In this document: piece after piece, positions 35,301-35,765 of the stretch | Layout of the letters: the number at the start of each line of letters is the position of its first letter | Position numbering within the stretch: position 1 is the stretch's first letter | NCBI GenBank assembly: GCA_043798915.1 | Contig: JAZDOG010000084.1 | Location: 1-35,765, forward strand | DNA: 35,765 nucleotides | From: Pseudomonadota bacterium | GTDB taxonomy: Bacteria; UBA10199; 2-02-FULL-44-16; JAAZCA01 | Reading direction: 5' to 3' | Made by a program: the position numbers and the translations under genes | The notes under the pieces: generated by a model | The model's database searches: none | What the model was told of the DNA's origin: nothing | What the model saw: only the letters and a program-made list of their open reading frames with translations

Positions 35301-35517
35301 GCGCGGGACCGGCTCGGCGACGCGCCAGCCGATGGCGATAGTCATCATCGGCGGGCAGCTGCTGTGCCTCGCCGTGACGCTGCTGCTGACTCCCGTCTTC
35401 TACTCGATCTTCGACGACGCACAGACGATCTGGGTTCCCAGATGGTGGAGGCGGCTGGGCAACTCATGCCGAACCATCATCGACGCAACCCGCGCCCGCT
35501 TTGCGAGGAACCTTTGA
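32392..35517 (+). CDS. RND efflux permease (AcrB/HAE1 family)
   Basis: FIRRPVF, GASPEEVE, GIVIDDAIIVFENI, GIVKKNAIL and RLRPILMTT; 1041 aa. Confidence 0.96.
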   Translation: MKAVDTFIRRPVFATTIILTMVVLGIFSFMRLGVDIMPKVDFPIIIVTTELLGASPEEVETEISKRIEESVNTIAGLDEIQSFSYEGRSQVVAQFVLEKNSDVAAQEVRDRVNRVINDFPEGTKQPVIEKFDIAGAPIVQVVVSGTLPMRDLTRITRKRVKEILETVNGIGDIRMIGSREREIHIQVDPARLAAHDFSIFDVETALQKNNVELPGGYLTEEPREITVRTMGKIVDAADFGAIPVQVYGSTPVLVRDIATVEDTDEVVRSFSRLNGEPCINLSIRKQSDANTVEVAKLIGEKVGEIAKTLPPGVKIQIIQDQSLFILSAVHSLEEDLILGAILVALTVFIFIRSTRGMLICAISIPVSLISTFTLMKAMGFTLNNLTLLALTLANGIVIDDAIIVFENIFRHLEEKREGARMAASTGLDEISMAVVSTTLSLLVIFVPLAFMQGIVGRFMLSFGLTMAFAIGISLIVAFVQTPMLCSRFLKIGHEAGHTSRDTFLNRLLDRAYTRGLKWVLSHRKASVAFAAVIMLSSVPAVILVGKDFYPQDDRSEFNIHVKAPEGTSIAEMDEIVEGLEERLRSTHGVVDILPAIGGGDSRKVNEGDIFVKLVDLKKRNFTQFDVMNEARAFLKEYPSLRASVQSVGGPGGGEAMFQMRLTGPSLEKLKEYADRITSQMRAKTGFVDVDTSLVFGKPELRVNLDRQRAADLGVTAYDVARTLQLLVSGDADITKFKVDDELYEVRIRLLDAYRSHPGDVRQLPIPATKEHMPKAPIRLDQIADFEETVGPSQIDRYMRERSIEVDANLDGLPTGKAQAFVLDAAAGDGMEPGYRFQSVGHAKYMKEMMTNFTLAFVLSIIFMYMILAALFESWVHPVTILFSLPMAFPFAILSLLITGKTLHIISILGLFLLIGIVKKNAILQVDYTNTLRKRGMARAEALIEASRTRLRPILMTTSVLIVSMIPVALSRGTGSATRQPMAIVIIGGQLLCLAVTLLLTPVFYSIFDDAQTIWVPRWWRRLGNSCRTIIDATRARFARNL

Positions 35518-35519
35518 TC

Positions 35520-35616
35520 CCCTCCCCTTTGTAAGGGGAGGGTTAGGGTGGGGTAGATCTATGCAACAGATTCACCATTGATCTACCTCCCCCTGCCCCT
35601 CCTTACAAAGGAGGGG
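35520..35616. repeat. REP-like inverted doublet, copy 2
   Basis: CCCTCCCC-TTTGTAA-GGGGAGGG...GGTAGATC, 20-nt spacer, then GATCTACC...CCCCTCC-TTACAAA-GGAGGGG; lies between convergent genes. Confidence 0.85.
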
Positions 35617-35627
35617 GGATAGATGCC

Positions 35628-35765
35628 TCACGCCTTGATGAGCTCTTCGTATACCAGATCGTGTATAGACGGGCGGAAGGCCTTGATCTTCTCGTTGGTC
35701 GTCGAGGGATGGATGCGGTTGGTGAGCAATATCGTCCAGAAATCCGCCTTGAGGTCTATCCAGAC
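35628..35765 (-). CDS. Serine hydrolase / beta-lactamase family protein, C-terminal fragment
   Basis: Not in the ORF track. Hand translation gives VWIDLKADFWTILLTNRIHPSTTNEKIKAFRPSIHDLVYEELIKA*, with the WID...LLTNR.HP motif. Confidence 0.75.
   Translation of the reverse strand, partial: VWIDLKADFWTILLTNRIHPSTTNEKIKAFRPSIHDLVYEELIKA

Overview
A gene-dense, GC-rich bacterial chromosome segment. The gene content (split F0 atpZ-atpI-atpB-atpE operon, 7-POTRA Omp85 next to TamB, hpnH/hpnG, LonC) suggests a deltaproteobacteria-grade lineage, by inference. Housekeeping genes are ade (partial), hpnH/hpnG, hemL, the F0 ATP synthase a/c operon, panE, LonC, menA, ettA, tnaA, mpl-tamB-omp85, a TolC/MFP/RND efflux operon and a partial serine hydrolase. 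Main points for a second look: (1) a low-GC DUF1016/YhcG gene whose linker is encoded by two tandem DNA palindromes (CTCCAC-N7-GTGGAG) and which appears inserted between tamB and the omp85 start; (2) three transposase-less single-gene cassettes (Fic, four-helix bundle, YhcG), each bounded by a short direct repeat; (3) a 12-bp tandem array with two perfect extended -10 boxes upstream of the Fic gene; (4) two REP-like inverted doublets 33 kb apart with co-varying stems and an invariant TTTGTAA loop; (5) a thermonuclease split by two large insertions, behind a sigma28-like promoter. No rRNA, tRNA, CRISPR array, transposase or integrase was recognised. All calls come from reading motifs by eye; no database search was run.
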